In this document: in pieces, positions 50,065-60,586 of the stretch | How positions within the stretch are numbered: position 1 is the first letter of the stretch | Layout: each line of letters opens with the position of its first letter | DNA from: Pseudomonadota bacterium | GTDB lineage: Bacteria; Desulfobacterota; UBA8473 | Direction: 5' to 3' | Assembly (NCBI GenBank): GCA_043825855.1 | Contig: JBDRRJ010000033.1 | Span: 235-64,234, forward strand | Length of the DNA stretch: 64,000 nt | The notes under the pieces: generated by a model | Seen by the model: the letters and a program-made list of their open reading frames with translations, nothing else | Database searches by the model: none | Told to the model about the DNA's origin: nothing | Program-made: the position numbers and the translations under genes

Positions 50065-52971
50065 TTACCTTACCGCTATAGGAAAATCGGATATTGTGCT
50101 CGGTTTAGTTGTTGTAGGAGTCTGCCTACCTTTTGTTAATTCTTTTACCCTCTCCGAAAGATACAGGTCAAGCATATTTATTGTTATTTTACCTTTGCCT
50201 GTGTAATCTGCTTTACCGCCTATACCTTCTACAAGAGCCTTTGTGAAGGCTCCGTTGTTCCATGCCGGGTCTTCGAGAGAATACTGTTTCCCCGATGATG
50301 ATGCGAATACAACCGCACCGTTTTCTGCACTGGAAAGTTCATTTACTACACCAGTAATGTCGGCTACTCCCCTTCTTGTACCCATAATATTGCCTGAATG
50401 ACAAGTATCAACAAAAAGCACAGTCTTTCCTGCAAGATATGCCACCGTAGTCTTTATATCTGAAAAGGCTAAACCTGTTCTTTTTAACCTCTCTGTATCG
50501 GCATTTACCGGAAGGAAATAATAGATTCCAACATGGTCATTAACGCCATGTCCTGCTAAAAAAACCATTGCTACATCCTTACTTGTCGTTTCCTTTGTAA
50601 GCCAGTCAAGACCATCAAGTATATCACCTTTCGTTGCCTTCTCATCTGTTATAACCTTAACAACCACATCTCGATACAGCCCGTTTTTTTGTCTCTGAAT
50701 TGCATCAGCAAAATCTTTTGCATCTTTTGCTGCATAAGAAAGGGTTAAATTCTTGTCATCATATTTACTGACACCAATGGCCAATACATAGAGTTTTGGC
50801 TTGATAATAAAGTCATCCTTTTTTTCTCCACGCCATTTCAAACTAACACTTGCAGGTTCACTGACTGAAAATCTGTTCTCAGCAATGATTGATATTTCAG
50901 AATCCTTGCTGGGAATGACAACTGTTATCTCGCTAATACCTATGTCTTTACTAACTATCTTAACACTTCTCTGTGTAGCAACAGGTCTTCCGTCTACCAA
51001 TGCTTTTATGCCTGTTACAGGCTCTCCTGACGGGCTGCGAATGCTGTATTTAATTGTAACCTCCGTCGATAAAACCTCCGAACCATTTTCGGGATCGAGG
51101 ATAGTAACTACAGGAGGGAGCATCTTCTCTATTACAACTTTCTGCTTTTCCTTACCGGACTCTTTATCAGCAAGTCTTATTGCCTCTCCTTCATCTACAG
51201 TAGTAAAAACTTTTGTAATAACATCAGGGCGATAATATGTGCTTCTGAATTTTAATAATGGAAAGAAGTCCGCTGAGTTTTCTTTGCCGTTGTTCAAATG
51301 CCAACCAATAATTTCTTCCGCACCTGCAGATGCATCATAATAACCTGACGGAGTCCATACAACCCATCTCTTTCTGTCATTATGTGGAAATAAAGCCATA
51401 AGCTCTTTCCCGTCTTTCAACCTGTACCACCTGATTGTGCCATCTCCAAAAGCCGCCACAGCTATTCTTCCATTGCCCGTTATATTTACAGCCCATGACG
51501 TAGCAGGAGCAGCAACCCTCCATAACTGATTTCCGTATTTATCAAAAAGACGTAGATACCAATCCGTCCCAAGTAAAAAGCTCTGACTATCAGGTAATAC
51601 AGCAAGGCTTCTTGCCATTTCATAACGGTCTAAACTTAATTGTCTGCCGTTTAGTTTTGGATTATAGTTATTTTGCCAGTCTGTGATATTAAGGTCGCTT
51701 TCTGATGTGACTGGAGGGTTTAAAATTTGAGATCTAAGAATAGAGTTTGGAGAACCAGGGTTTACTTCGAGAAAGCGATCTGGTATGGAAAATTTTGCTG
51801 GTGATTTTCCAAAAACTTCATAGGCAAACTGTATTGCAGACCCGTCATATGAGACGAGGAATCCTTCATAATTGTTCCTGTAGTCAGCAATAGCAGAGCT
51901 TTTGAATACCGCTTTTCTATCATAGGTATCAAAAATCCCAAATGAAGGATCATGGGAGCTAAAAACAACTCCTCCACTTTTGAGCGAAAGAATGTCTAAT
52001 ATAGTGTCTCCTGTCGCAGGTAAGTCCACATATCTTCCCTTGCCCTCATTTATCCATTTGCGGATTGGGCGTTTGCTTAAATTTCCATTCCAATAACTTC
52101 CACCAGCATAAATAGAATCTCCGTCTGATGACCACGAAACGGCCACCAAATTTCCGTTATCGGCACCGCTTGAATCAGGTGAATAAAGATAGGAAAGGTC
52201 ATTAGACGAAAGAATGTCTACTTTTGTAGAGTCATCAAATCCAACAACTATTTTAGAACCATCGGGGGAAAAGCTTACACCATAAGGTTTAACACCACCT
52301 GGTGACATCTTTTTTGCAATAAGCCTAAATTCATTATCATAGAGGCGGACATACCCATCCCAGGATGATGTTACAAGTCTGCCGGAAGTATCAAAATCAG
52401 CACCATGACCATCGCTGCCGTAATCTTTGTCCTCTTTTACAAGAGAGTAGTCAGATGTACTGTAAATTCTTATACCGTTTGTGCCCCACAGTGATGCTAT
52501 AATATACTTACCGTCTTTGGAATAGGCAATATTAAGAATCGTGGCAGATACTCCGTTTATCCTTTTTATAAGCCGTCCGCTTTCTCGGTCAAAGATATAG
52601 ATGGAGGCATACAAATTGTCCCACTCCTGTCCAGTCCATCCACCACATGCAATTGTCCTTCCATCAGGGGACATGGAAAGTGCAAAAATCATACCCTCGT
52701 TACCATCACCAATAGGAGGTCTAATTACTCGTAAAAGCCTGCCTGTTGACAGCTCCCACACACGTACCGTTTTATCACTGGAACCCGTTGCCAGATAGCG
52801 ATTTTCCGCATCAATCCCGATCCTTCTAATACCTGAATTGTGCATTCCGGTATCTATTCTTAGGATAGGATCTTTTGGCGGCTCTGATGCATTGATAATT
52901 TCAATACTTAAAAACAGGGTCGAAATTATTAAAACACTCAACAAAATAAATATATGAAACAATCTGTTCAT
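50065..52971 (-). CDS. Secreted WD40 beta-propeller protein with C-terminal metacaspase-like (peptidase C14) domain
   Basis: 968 aa. N-terminal signal peptide. About 600 aa of WD40-like repeats (TVRVWEL, SWDGYVRLYD, etc.). An Ig-like linker. C-terminal caspase fold with His in FLAGHGV and Cys in VDTCHSGN (the metacaspase D-x-C-H-S-G motif). Confidence 0.75.
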   Translation of the reverse strand: MNRLFHIFILLSVLIISTLFLSIEIINASEPPKDPILRIDTGMHNSGIRRIGIDAENRYLATGSSDKTVRVWELSTGRLLRVIRPPIGDGNEGMIFALSMSPDGRTIACGGWTGQEWDNLYASIYIFDRESGRLIKRINGVSATILNIAYSKDGKYIIASLWGTNGIRIYSTSDYSLVKEDKDYGSDGHGADFDTSGRLVTSSWDGYVRLYDNEFRLIAKKMSPGGVKPYGVSFSPDGSKIVVGFDDSTKVDILSSNDLSYLYSPDSSGADNGNLVAVSWSSDGDSIYAGGSYWNGNLSKRPIRKWINEGKGRYVDLPATGDTILDILSLKSGGVVFSSHDPSFGIFDTYDRKAVFKSSAIADYRNNYEGFLVSYDGSAIQFAYEVFGKSPAKFSIPDRFLEVNPGSPNSILRSQILNPPVTSESDLNITDWQNNYNPKLNGRQLSLDRYEMARSLAVLPDSQSFLLGTDWYLRLFDKYGNQLWRVAAPATSWAVNITGNGRIAVAAFGDGTIRWYRLKDGKELMALFPHNDRKRWVVWTPSGYYDASAGAEEIIGWHLNNGKENSADFFPLLKFRSTYYRPDVITKVFTTVDEGEAIRLADKESGKEKQKVVIEKMLPPVVTILDPENGSEVLSTEVTIKYSIRSPSGEPVTGIKALVDGRPVATQRSVKIVSKDIGISEITVVIPSKDSEISIIAENRFSVSEPASVSLKWRGEKKDDFIIKPKLYVLAIGVSKYDDKNLTLSYAAKDAKDFADAIQRQKNGLYRDVVVKVITDEKATKGDILDGLDWLTKETTSKDVAMVFLAGHGVNDHVGIYYFLPVNADTERLKRTGLAFSDIKTTVAYLAGKTVLFVDTCHSGNIMGTRRGVADITGVVNELSSAENGAVVFASSSGKQYSLEDPAWNNGAFTKALVEGIGGKADYTGKGKITINMLDLYLSERVKELTKGRQTPTTTKPSTISDFPIAVR

Positions 52972-52973
52972 TT

Positions 52974-53870
52974 TTACCTCCCTGTCCTTAGGATCGCTTT
53001 ATCTTCAAAAAACTCAGAAGCAGATGTCTTTTGGAGATCAGATTTTTTCACTAATTTTATCCCTCTTGTCTTGGCGCCAATATCATCATGCTTTGTTTTT
53101 ACTTCATAGACAACACCTGCATCACTGATATCTATATCGCCAAGAGGAGATGTGCTTGCATAAACAAATACGTTTTCTTCGCCAAAGGGTGGGCTAACCT
53201 CAAGTTCAAACCTGTCATTGCCGGAAGGAATTTCATAAATCACACCACCATTAAAGTAGTTCTCTTCCCTGTATGGATTCGGCAATAATTGTAACAATGT
53301 TCCTTTTACATCCTTATATAGAACAAAGGCATAAAAAGGCTTATTGCCCTTGATGTAAATCTTTATCTTTTCGCCGTTTATGTATTCTTTTTTATCAGTC
53401 CAGAGGTTCACAACCAATGGAGCAGACGGATTATCTGTAAGCTCCTTGGTTTTTGAAATCCTATTCATAGCATTTTCATCAGGTATAACCTCTGCTTTAA
53501 TTTTTATCTTGTAACAGTCCCCTGCTGCTGCATCTTTATACCAGTTCTTTTCAATCTCCTGAATAACCTTTACAGTCGCATTGGAATAGGCTGATACTAG
53601 ATCTTTTTCAAGCTGAAAGTTCTTAACTTGTGATTCAGTCTTTATATATGTGGACATAAACTCTATCGCCCTTTTCTTTGCATCAGTCATTGCAGCCTGT
53701 TCGGTCTCTTTTCTCGACTTATCATCCCCCATGCAGGCATAACCTTCTGATTCGGTTATTGTAGACTGAGCAGCGTAAATATTGATGGGCATTAATAGCA
53801 TGAAAATTATTGTCATAAATATCCTTAACATTATTAAGCCTCCTAAATAAAAATTTGTAATATTAGTCAA
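52974..53870 (-). CDS. Secreted/lipoprotein-like protein with DUF4384-like C-terminal domain
   Basis: 298 aa. N-terminal hydrophobic signal. The C-terminal region (LWTDKKEYINGEKIKIYIKGNKPFYAFVLY...NVFVYASTSP) resembles DUF4384, a domain recurrently found with caspase domains. Its stop is 2 nt before the caspase gene start. Confidence 0.55.
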   Translation of the reverse strand: MTNITNFYLGGLIMLRIFMTIIFMLLMPINIYAAQSTITESEGYACMGDDKSRKETEQAAMTDAKKRAIEFMSTYIKTESQVKNFQLEKDLVSAYSNATVKVIQEIEKNWYKDAAAGDCYKIKIKAEVIPDENAMNRISKTKELTDNPSAPLVVNLWTDKKEYINGEKIKIYIKGNKPFYAFVLYKDVKGTLLQLLPNPYREENYFNGGVIYEIPSGNDRFELEVSPPFGEENVFVYASTSPLGDIDISDAGVVYEVKTKHDDIGAKTRGIKLVKKSDLQKTSASEFFEDKAILRTGR

Positions 53871-53992
53871 AACATCTTTATTTTGTAATTATTGTTGGAA
53901 AACCTATGCACCCTAAATCTACAACAAAATACTGTTGGAGTATTTGGATTAACTTTTCTCCGCAAATATTCCTGTTTAATTTTCATCCGCTA

Positions 53993-54292
53993 TTACCTTA
54001 CAGCCTTTATAATACTTATCGCTATTGAGGCTATAATAATTAGTCCTGTAATAATTATAGCGGTCATCATAAACCAGTGAGGTACAAACCTTACGGACTC
54101 AGATTCTGTCTTGAGTATACTTTTCTTTGAAAGAGCCTTGACCATTGAGCTTATGAATGGAATCGCGAAGAGCAATCCAAAGCCTGCAAATAGAAAAGCT
54201 TCGTTGCCACCTATTCTGAATGCAAGATATGCCAAATATAAACTGGACAGGGTGCAGATGCCAGTAACAATTATAACAACCATTATTCCCAT
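53993..54292 (-). CDS. Small integral membrane protein (99 aa, 3 predicted TM helices)
   Basis: Hydrophobicity pattern. First gene of the same-strand trio with the DUF4384 and caspase genes. Confidence 0.5.
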   Translation of the reverse strand: MGIMVVIIVTGICTLSSLYLAYLAFRIGGNEAFLFAGFGLLFAIPFISSMVKALSKKSILKTESESVRFVPHWFMMTAIIITGLIIIASIAISIIKAVR

Positions 54293-54710
54293 AATTTATC
54301 TATTTTTATAAACCTACTTTAATTCTTTACTTTTACTCACTCTCTTCCTTTGAAATGGGTAATGGGTTCTTCAAATGACCATAGGTCAAAACATATAAAA
54401 AGACAGGGTTATGTAGGATGGATAAAAAACCAGTTTATGGTTGTAGCTAAAGAAAATATAACGTAAAGGGGCTTGCGTGTCAAGGATAAATAATCCAAAA
54501 ATATAGAGTGGTTGGACATCAGGCAGTAGAAGTATTGATATGGTTTTGCTTAAAAAGGTTTGACTAAACCTCGTCTAAAAGTTATGCTGGAAAACAAAGA
54601 AATATTTAAAAGACAGCAAGCTTTCATAATCGTTACCAAAGAAAAATAGCTTCTTTTAATTACAAGAATATTTTATAGAAAAGAATTCGCTCAAGGTTAA
54701 AAGGAGGATA

Positions 54711-55106
54711 TTGACTATGCAGACATTTACACTTAAAACCAGCCAACGCACAGAGATGCTGGACATTACAAATCAGGTTCAAAAGGCAGTTATTGACAGC
54801 AAGGTGAGGGATGGAATCTGTTGTGTCTTTGTTCCCCATACTACAGCGGCTGTTACTATAAATGAGAATGCTGATCCCAATGTATCAAGAGATATCCTAA
54901 TGAAACTTGGAAAGGTCATACCCGTTGACGATAACTATCGCCATACAGAGGGTAACTCAGATGCCCATATAAAAACGAGTCTGCTGGGGTCTTCTGAAAC
55001 TATCATTCTGGAGAATGGCAAGCTGGTATTGGGAACCTGGCAGTCGATTTTCTTCTGTGAATTCGATGGTCCAAGAAACAGAAAGTTTTTCGTAAAGATT
55101 AAATAA
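54711..55106 (+). CDS. YjbQ-family protein (UPF0047, secondary thiamine-phosphate synthase fold)
   Basis: 131 aa, full length. LDITNQV...HTTAAVTINENADPNV...LVLGTWQSIFFCEFDGPR. Confidence 0.85.
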   Translation: MTMQTFTLKTSQRTEMLDITNQVQKAVIDSKVRDGICCVFVPHTTAAVTINENADPNVSRDILMKLGKVIPVDDNYRHTEGNSDAHIKTSLLGSSETIILENGKLVLGTWQSIFFCEFDGPRNRKFFVKIK

Positions 55107-55252
55107 GAGTAAGCTTGCACAAATTCTAAAAAAGCCTTGAAATCGTACTTAAACAGTCTTACTTTATTCATGTGTGGTTGAGTTATAAAAGTGGTGTTTC
55201 TTCTGCTTACTGATTATTCAAGAAAAAAAATAAGCACCGATAAGGTAAAGGT

Positions 55253-56545
55253 TTGATCAGAAGTAAGAGTAAACTCGGTAAGAGGTATATGAAATTCATA
55301 GCAGATTTCCATGTTCATTCCAGATATAGCAGGGCAACAAGTAAGAATATGGAAGTCGAAACAATGGGTAAGTGGGCAGAGATAAAAGGGATCAATCTTT
55401 TGGGGACCGGAGATTTTACCCATCCTCTATACCTTGCTGAACTTAAAGCAAAACTCAAACCTTCTGATGGCAACCTTCTAACCTTAAAGAACGGAAACAA
55501 AAAAGTTCGCTTTGTCTTGACCGCGGAGGTAAACAATATCTTCCCACAGGCAGGGAAGCTACGTAAAATTCATACACTTATATTTGCCCCTACCCTTGAT
55601 GTAGTGGATAAAATAAATGCAAAATTGGAACGATTGGGGAAGCTTAGTTCAGACGGCAGACCTACCTTTGGATTCCATGTTAAAGATCTTGTTAAGCTGG
55701 TGTTGGATATATCAGAAGATTGTTTTTTGGTGCCTGCACACGCTTGGACTCCCTGGTTCTCTCTTTTCGGGGCTAATTCAGGTTTTGATTCTCTGGAAGA
55801 ATGCTTTGAGAAGCAGTCTGAGCATATATATGCTATAGAAACCGGTCTATCATCGGATCCGGAGATGAATTGGAGACTCTCTTCACTAGACAAAATCACT
55901 CTGATTTCTAATTCAGATGCTCATTCACCTGCCAAGATAGGAAGGGAGGCTAATGTATTTGATTGCGATCTTAATTACAATCAAATCATAAAGTGCCTCA
56001 GAGAAAAAGACAGCAATAAACTCTTATCTACCATTGAGTTCTTTCCTGAAGAAGGGAAGTATCATTATGATGGACATAGAAAATGCGGAATCCTTTTTTC
56101 TCCAAATGAGAGTGAAGATAACGGAAATATTTGTCCCGTATGTAAAAAAGGGGTTACTATAGGAGTATTACATCGCGTAGAAACCCTTTCGGATCGCCCC
56201 AAGGGTTTTATGCCAGAAGGGGCAATCCCTTCCATACATCTAATTCCACTTGATGAAATCATAGCTGAAGTCTTTGGATGTGGGGTAAATACTATAAAAG
56301 TGAGAAGAGAGTATGATAAGATGATCTCAAAAGCTGAAAATGAGTTAAACATCCTCTTAGACCTGTCAAGAGATGAACTTACAGGACTTACCCAACCAAA
56401 TATTTTAGAAGGGATTATGAAGGTAAGAGAAGGAAAAATGAGGATTACGCCGGGTTATGACGGTGTTTATGGAAAGATTAGTGTTCGGGGGGAAGAAAGA
56501 GAAGAGATAAATGAGGAAGTACCAAAGAAGACGGAGCTTTCTTAA
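55253..56545 (+). CDS. PHP-domain protein, endonuclease Q (EndoQ/TIGR00375)-like with internal zinc finger
   Basis: 430 aa. N-terminal ADFHVHSRYSRAT PHP metal motif. HAWTPWFSLFG...SNSDAHSP. CPVCKK zinc ribbon insert. Confidence 0.55.
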   Translation: MIRSKSKLGKRYMKFIADFHVHSRYSRATSKNMEVETMGKWAEIKGINLLGTGDFTHPLYLAELKAKLKPSDGNLLTLKNGNKKVRFVLTAEVNNIFPQAGKLRKIHTLIFAPTLDVVDKINAKLERLGKLSSDGRPTFGFHVKDLVKLVLDISEDCFLVPAHAWTPWFSLFGANSGFDSLEECFEKQSEHIYAIETGLSSDPEMNWRLSSLDKITLISNSDAHSPAKIGREANVFDCDLNYNQIIKCLREKDSNKLLSTIEFFPEEGKYHYDGHRKCGILFSPNESEDNGNICPVCKKGVTIGVLHRVETLSDRPKGFMPEGAIPSIHLIPLDEIIAEVFGCGVNTIKVRREYDKMISKAENELNILLDLSRDELTGLTQPNILEGIMKVREGKMRITPGYDGVYGKISVRGEEREEINEEVPKKTELS

Positions 56546-56577
56546 AGGCGATATGACTTATAGTCTGAGGAGTATTT

Positions 56578-57108
56578 ATGAAGCTGTTTAATAAAAAAGG
56601 TGATGAAGGATATACCAGTATGCTTTTTGGTCAAAGGATCCGCAAATCAGACCCCAGACCAGAAACTTATGGCACCCTAGATGAAGCCAATTCTACTCTC
56701 GGGTTTGCCAGAGCACTTTCTAAAAACAACAGAGTTAAAGAGATTATCTATAGGGTTCAGGAAATGCTTTTTATAATGGGTGCAGAATTAGCAACAGATC
56801 CAAAGGATTATATAAAGTTAAATAAGAAGATTGGAGAAGATGACGTTCAGGAATTGCAAAACATTATTGAAAAGATAGAAGATAAAATAAGTCTTCCCAA
56901 AAGCTTTATTATACCGGGAGCATCTTTAGTGTCCGCTTCTTTGGATATGGCCCGCACTGTAATCAGAAGGGGAGAAAGAAGAGCCGTCATTTTAAAAGAT
57001 AACAATCTTTTACTTAACGACAGAATACTTGCATACCTGAACAGAACCGCAGATTTGTTATTTATTTTAGCACGTTATGAAGAATCTTTGAATGGAGAGA
57101 GCATATGA
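56578..57108 (+). CDS. PduO-type ATP:cob(I)alamin adenosyltransferase
   Basis: 176 aa. N-terminus KKGDEGYTSMLFGQRIRKSDPRPETYGTLDEANSTLG is the PduO-type ATR signature. Confidence 0.85.
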   Translation: MKLFNKKGDEGYTSMLFGQRIRKSDPRPETYGTLDEANSTLGFARALSKNNRVKEIIYRVQEMLFIMGAELATDPKDYIKLNKKIGEDDVQELQNIIEKIEDKISLPKSFIIPGASLVSASLDMARTVIRRGERRAVILKDNNLLLNDRILAYLNRTADLLFILARYEESLNGESI

Positions 57109-57974
57109 TTATAGACTTTCATACCCATATATTTTCTAAAGAGGTAAGAGAAAATCTGGACAAGTATAGGAAGAGAGACCCCCTTTTCCGTTTATTATTT
57201 GGTGGAGAGCGATCCAATATGATGGGTGGTGGAAAAAAGCAAGCCATAATGATAGGTGCCGAAGAATTGATAGCCTCTATGGATCGGTCAGGCATAGATA
57301 AGAGTGTAGTATGCGGTTTTGCATGGTCAGATCTGGGTCTATGTAAAGATGGAAACGACTACATACTTGACGTTGTGAAAAGATACCCTGACAGGCTTAT
57401 AGGTTTTACTTCCATTCAATTAAATGGTAATGATAAAACTATAAAAGAGATCGAGCGATGTGTTAGATTGGGTTTAAAAGGTATTGGTGAGATAGTTACA
57501 GAAGCTCATAGAGTAGCTATAGATGATGAAAAGATTATTCGCCCGATTGTAGAGGCAGCTATAAGTCTCAATGTGCCAATTATGTTACATGCCAATGAGA
57601 CTGTAGGGCATTACTACGTGGGAAAAGCAAAAACAGAGCTCAAACAGTATTATGATTTTGTTCTTTCTTATCCTGACATCGATATTATTTTAGCTCATTG
57701 GGGAGGGGGCCTCTTATTTTATGAATTAATGCCAGAGGTTGCAAAGGCTTCAAAAAGGGTTTATTACGATACAGCGGCATCTATCTTTTTATACTCATCT
57801 AAGGTATATCATATCGCTGCACAGATAATCGGTGCCGATAAGATTCTTTTTGGAACTGACTACCCTCTTATAGACCAGAGGAGATACATGGATCAGATAG
57901 AGAACTGCGGACTTTCCAAATATGAGATCAATAAAATATATGCAGAGAATGCAAGAAAATTACTGAGGTTATAG
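57105..57974 (+). CDS. Amidohydrolase-2 family metal-dependent TIM-barrel hydrolase
   Basis: 289 aa. N-terminal IIDFHTHIF and internal HANE, HWGGG metal-ligand motifs. 4-nt overlap with the upstream gene. Confidence 0.75.
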   Translation: MIIDFHTHIFSKEVRENLDKYRKRDPLFRLLFGGERSNMMGGGKKQAIMIGAEELIASMDRSGIDKSVVCGFAWSDLGLCKDGNDYILDVVKRYPDRLIGFTSIQLNGNDKTIKEIERCVRLGLKGIGEIVTEAHRVAIDDEKIIRPIVEAAISLNVPIMLHANETVGHYYVGKAKTELKQYYDFVLSYPDIDIILAHWGGGLLFYELMPEVAKASKRVYYDTAASIFLYSSKVYHIAAQIIGADKILFGTDYPLIDQRRYMDQIENCGLSKYEINKIYAENARKLLRL

Positions 57975-57977
57975 AAT

Positions 57978-60569
57978 TTGAAAGATTATCAAAAAATTAA
58001 ATTGGAAAACGGAATGACTGTTATATTAAAAGAAAACCATTCTTCTCCTGTAGTTGCCCTTCAGTCATGGATAAAGGTCGGAAGCAGTGATGAAAAAGAC
58101 GAGGAAGCTGGGATTTGCCATCTGATAGAACACATGCTCTTCAAGGGTACAGATAAGAGGGGGGTAGGAGAGATTGCATATGATATAGAGTCATCTGGTG
58201 GAGAAATCAATGCTTATACATCATTTGATGAAACAGTCTATCATATAGTAATAGCAAGTAGATTCCTAGAACTGGGGCTTGATGTACTTTCTAATGCTGT
58301 AATGAATCCTTCTTTTAATGCGTTAGAGCTTGAAAAGGAAAAGGAAGTAATCCTCGAAGAGATTAAGAGGTGTGAGGATCAGCCTATGGTAAAATTAACT
58401 CAGGCTCTCTTTTCTACAAGTTATGAGCTTCATACATACCGTCGCCCGATAATCGGTTATGAAGACACAGTAAAAAGTTTTACAAGAGATGATGTGCTGG
58501 ATTTCTATAGGAAATGGTATACACCAAACAATATTACTCTTGTAGTTGTCGGAGACATTAAAAAAACTGATATCTATTCTAAAATAAAATTGGCTTTTAA
58601 AGATTTCACACCAAGTAAATGTTACAGGCAAAGTAGAGTTCAGGAATTACCTCAAAAAACTATAAGAAGTAGCGTTATAATTGACAATGTAATGGAATGT
58701 CACTTGTGTGCAGGCTTCCATATCCCCAGCATCAACCACAAAGACACACCTGCTCTTGATATTCTTTCGTTTATATTGGGTCACGGAGACTCTTCGCGCT
58801 TATACAAGGAGGTAAAAGACAAAAAAGAACTTGTACATAATATTTACTCTGGCAGTTTTATACCTAAAGAACCAGGCCTTTTATTCATAACTGCCATAAT
58901 GGATAAGGATAAATCAAGGGATGCCCTGGCATCTATATTAGAGGAGACATATCGATTACAGCATGAAAAAATAAACGATAATGAACTAGAAAAGGCCAAA
59001 TTAAATATTGAAAGTGAATTTATATATTCCAAAGAAACAGTTCAGGGCCAAGCCAGACAATTAGGGCATTTTGATGTTGTTGCAGAGAATATAGATTTCG
59101 AAAAAGAATATATAAACTTGATATCTAGAGTTCAAAACCAGGATATAATGAGAGTTGCAAAAAAGTACCTAAACAATAATAACCTAACGACTGTATTTCT
59201 AATGCCTTCTGGGGATGCAGATAACTTAAACGAAGATACAATCAAGGATATTGCTATTAAAGAAGATAGAAAATTGAAATACCATTATAAAATAAAATCT
59301 AAAAAAGGATTGAAAGATATAAAAAAGGTAACGATTGGAAATGGCGTGACCCTTTTAATTAAGGAAGACCATTCTACCCCCACTGTTGCTATGAGGGCTG
59401 TTTTTTTAGGAGGGCTTCGGTTTGAAAAGAAGGAATTAAACGGGATTAATAATTTTATAGCAGAGATGCTCAACAAAGGGACTAAGGATCGTAATGCCCT
59501 TGAGATAGCCCAAAATATAGAATCTATGGCAGGAAGTATCCATGGATTTTCAGGTAGAAACAGTTTTGGTTTAACCTCTGATTTTTTGAGCAGATTTTTT
59601 GATGAAGGGTTAAGACTCTTCGCAGATATTACTATCAATCCTGCTTTTGACGAAGTGGAACTAGAGAAAAAGAGGTCAGATATACTTGCAGCTCTTAAGC
59701 AGCAAGAAGACAATCTTGCTTCTTACATATTTAACATCTTTGCTAAAACCCTCTATGATTATCATCCTTATGGAATGAATGTTCTGGGAACAACCGAATC
59801 CATACTAAATATGACCCGAGATGATCTGACAGATTACTATAAAGCTTACGCCAGTCCAAAAAACCTGGTCTTAAGCATAGTTGGAGATATAAGAGCAGAA
59901 GACACAATTAATAAGGTAGAACAGTCTTTTAAGAATTTTACAGCTACCCGCTTTAAAAAACCAATAATTATGAAAGAAATTCCTTCTGATTGTATTAAGA
60001 ATGTGGAAGCATATAAAGATAAAAAACAGGCGCATATTGTCCTTGGTTTTTTAGGAACAACGATATATGACCCCGACAGATACTCTCTTGAGGTATTGAA
60101 CACGGTCTTATCAGGACAGGGAGGAAGACTGTTTATGGAGCTCCGGGATAAACTGAGCCTGGCATACTCTGTCACATCTTTCCTTCAGGATGGAATTGAC
60201 CCTGGTTTTTTAGGAGTTTATATCGGTACCAGCCCTGAGAAACTAGACATAGCCATCGATGGTATAAAAAGGGAGCTAAAAAAAGTTAGAGATAACAAGA
60301 TAGAATCTGCAGAGTTAGAAAGAGCAAAAAGATATCTTTTGGGAAGTTTTGAGATCGGTTTGCAGACAAACTCAGCTAAAGCCTCTATTATGGCATTTAG
60401 TGAAAGATATGGGATGGGATATTCCTATTTCAATGAACACAATAAAAGGATATCTGAGGTAACTACTGATGATGTAATAAGGGTGGCAAGAAAATATATC
60501 GATCTGGACAGGTATTCTCTTGCTGTGGTTAGCCCTCCAAGTGATGGAGTATCTATAAACATAAAATAG
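57978..60569 (+). CDS. M16-family (pitrilysin-like) zinc peptidase, two tandem M16 units
   Basis: 863 aa. HLIEHMLFKGT inverted zincin motif in the first unit. Second unit is degenerate/inactive-type. Apparent TTG start at 57978. Confidence 0.85.
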   Translation: MKDYQKIKLENGMTVILKENHSSPVVALQSWIKVGSSDEKDEEAGICHLIEHMLFKGTDKRGVGEIAYDIESSGGEINAYTSFDETVYHIVIASRFLELGLDVLSNAVMNPSFNALELEKEKEVILEEIKRCEDQPMVKLTQALFSTSYELHTYRRPIIGYEDTVKSFTRDDVLDFYRKWYTPNNITLVVVGDIKKTDIYSKIKLAFKDFTPSKCYRQSRVQELPQKTIRSSVIIDNVMECHLCAGFHIPSINHKDTPALDILSFILGHGDSSRLYKEVKDKKELVHNIYSGSFIPKEPGLLFITAIMDKDKSRDALASILEETYRLQHEKINDNELEKAKLNIESEFIYSKETVQGQARQLGHFDVVAENIDFEKEYINLISRVQNQDIMRVAKKYLNNNNLTTVFLMPSGDADNLNEDTIKDIAIKEDRKLKYHYKIKSKKGLKDIKKVTIGNGVTLLIKEDHSTPTVAMRAVFLGGLRFEKKELNGINNFIAEMLNKGTKDRNALEIAQNIESMAGSIHGFSGRNSFGLTSDFLSRFFDEGLRLFADITINPAFDEVELEKKRSDILAALKQQEDNLASYIFNIFAKTLYDYHPYGMNVLGTTESILNMTRDDLTDYYKAYASPKNLVLSIVGDIRAEDTINKVEQSFKNFTATRFKKPIIMKEIPSDCIKNVEAYKDKKQAHIVLGFLGTTIYDPDRYSLEVLNTVLSGQGGRLFMELRDKLSLAYSVTSFLQDGIDPGFLGVYIGTSPEKLDIAIDGIKRELKKVRDNKIESAELERAKRYLLGSFEIGLQTNSAKASIMAFSERYGMGYSYFNEHNKRISEVTTDDVIRVARKYIDLDRYSLAVVSPPSDGVSINIK

Positions 60570-60586
60570 ATGCTTGGATAAGCTAT

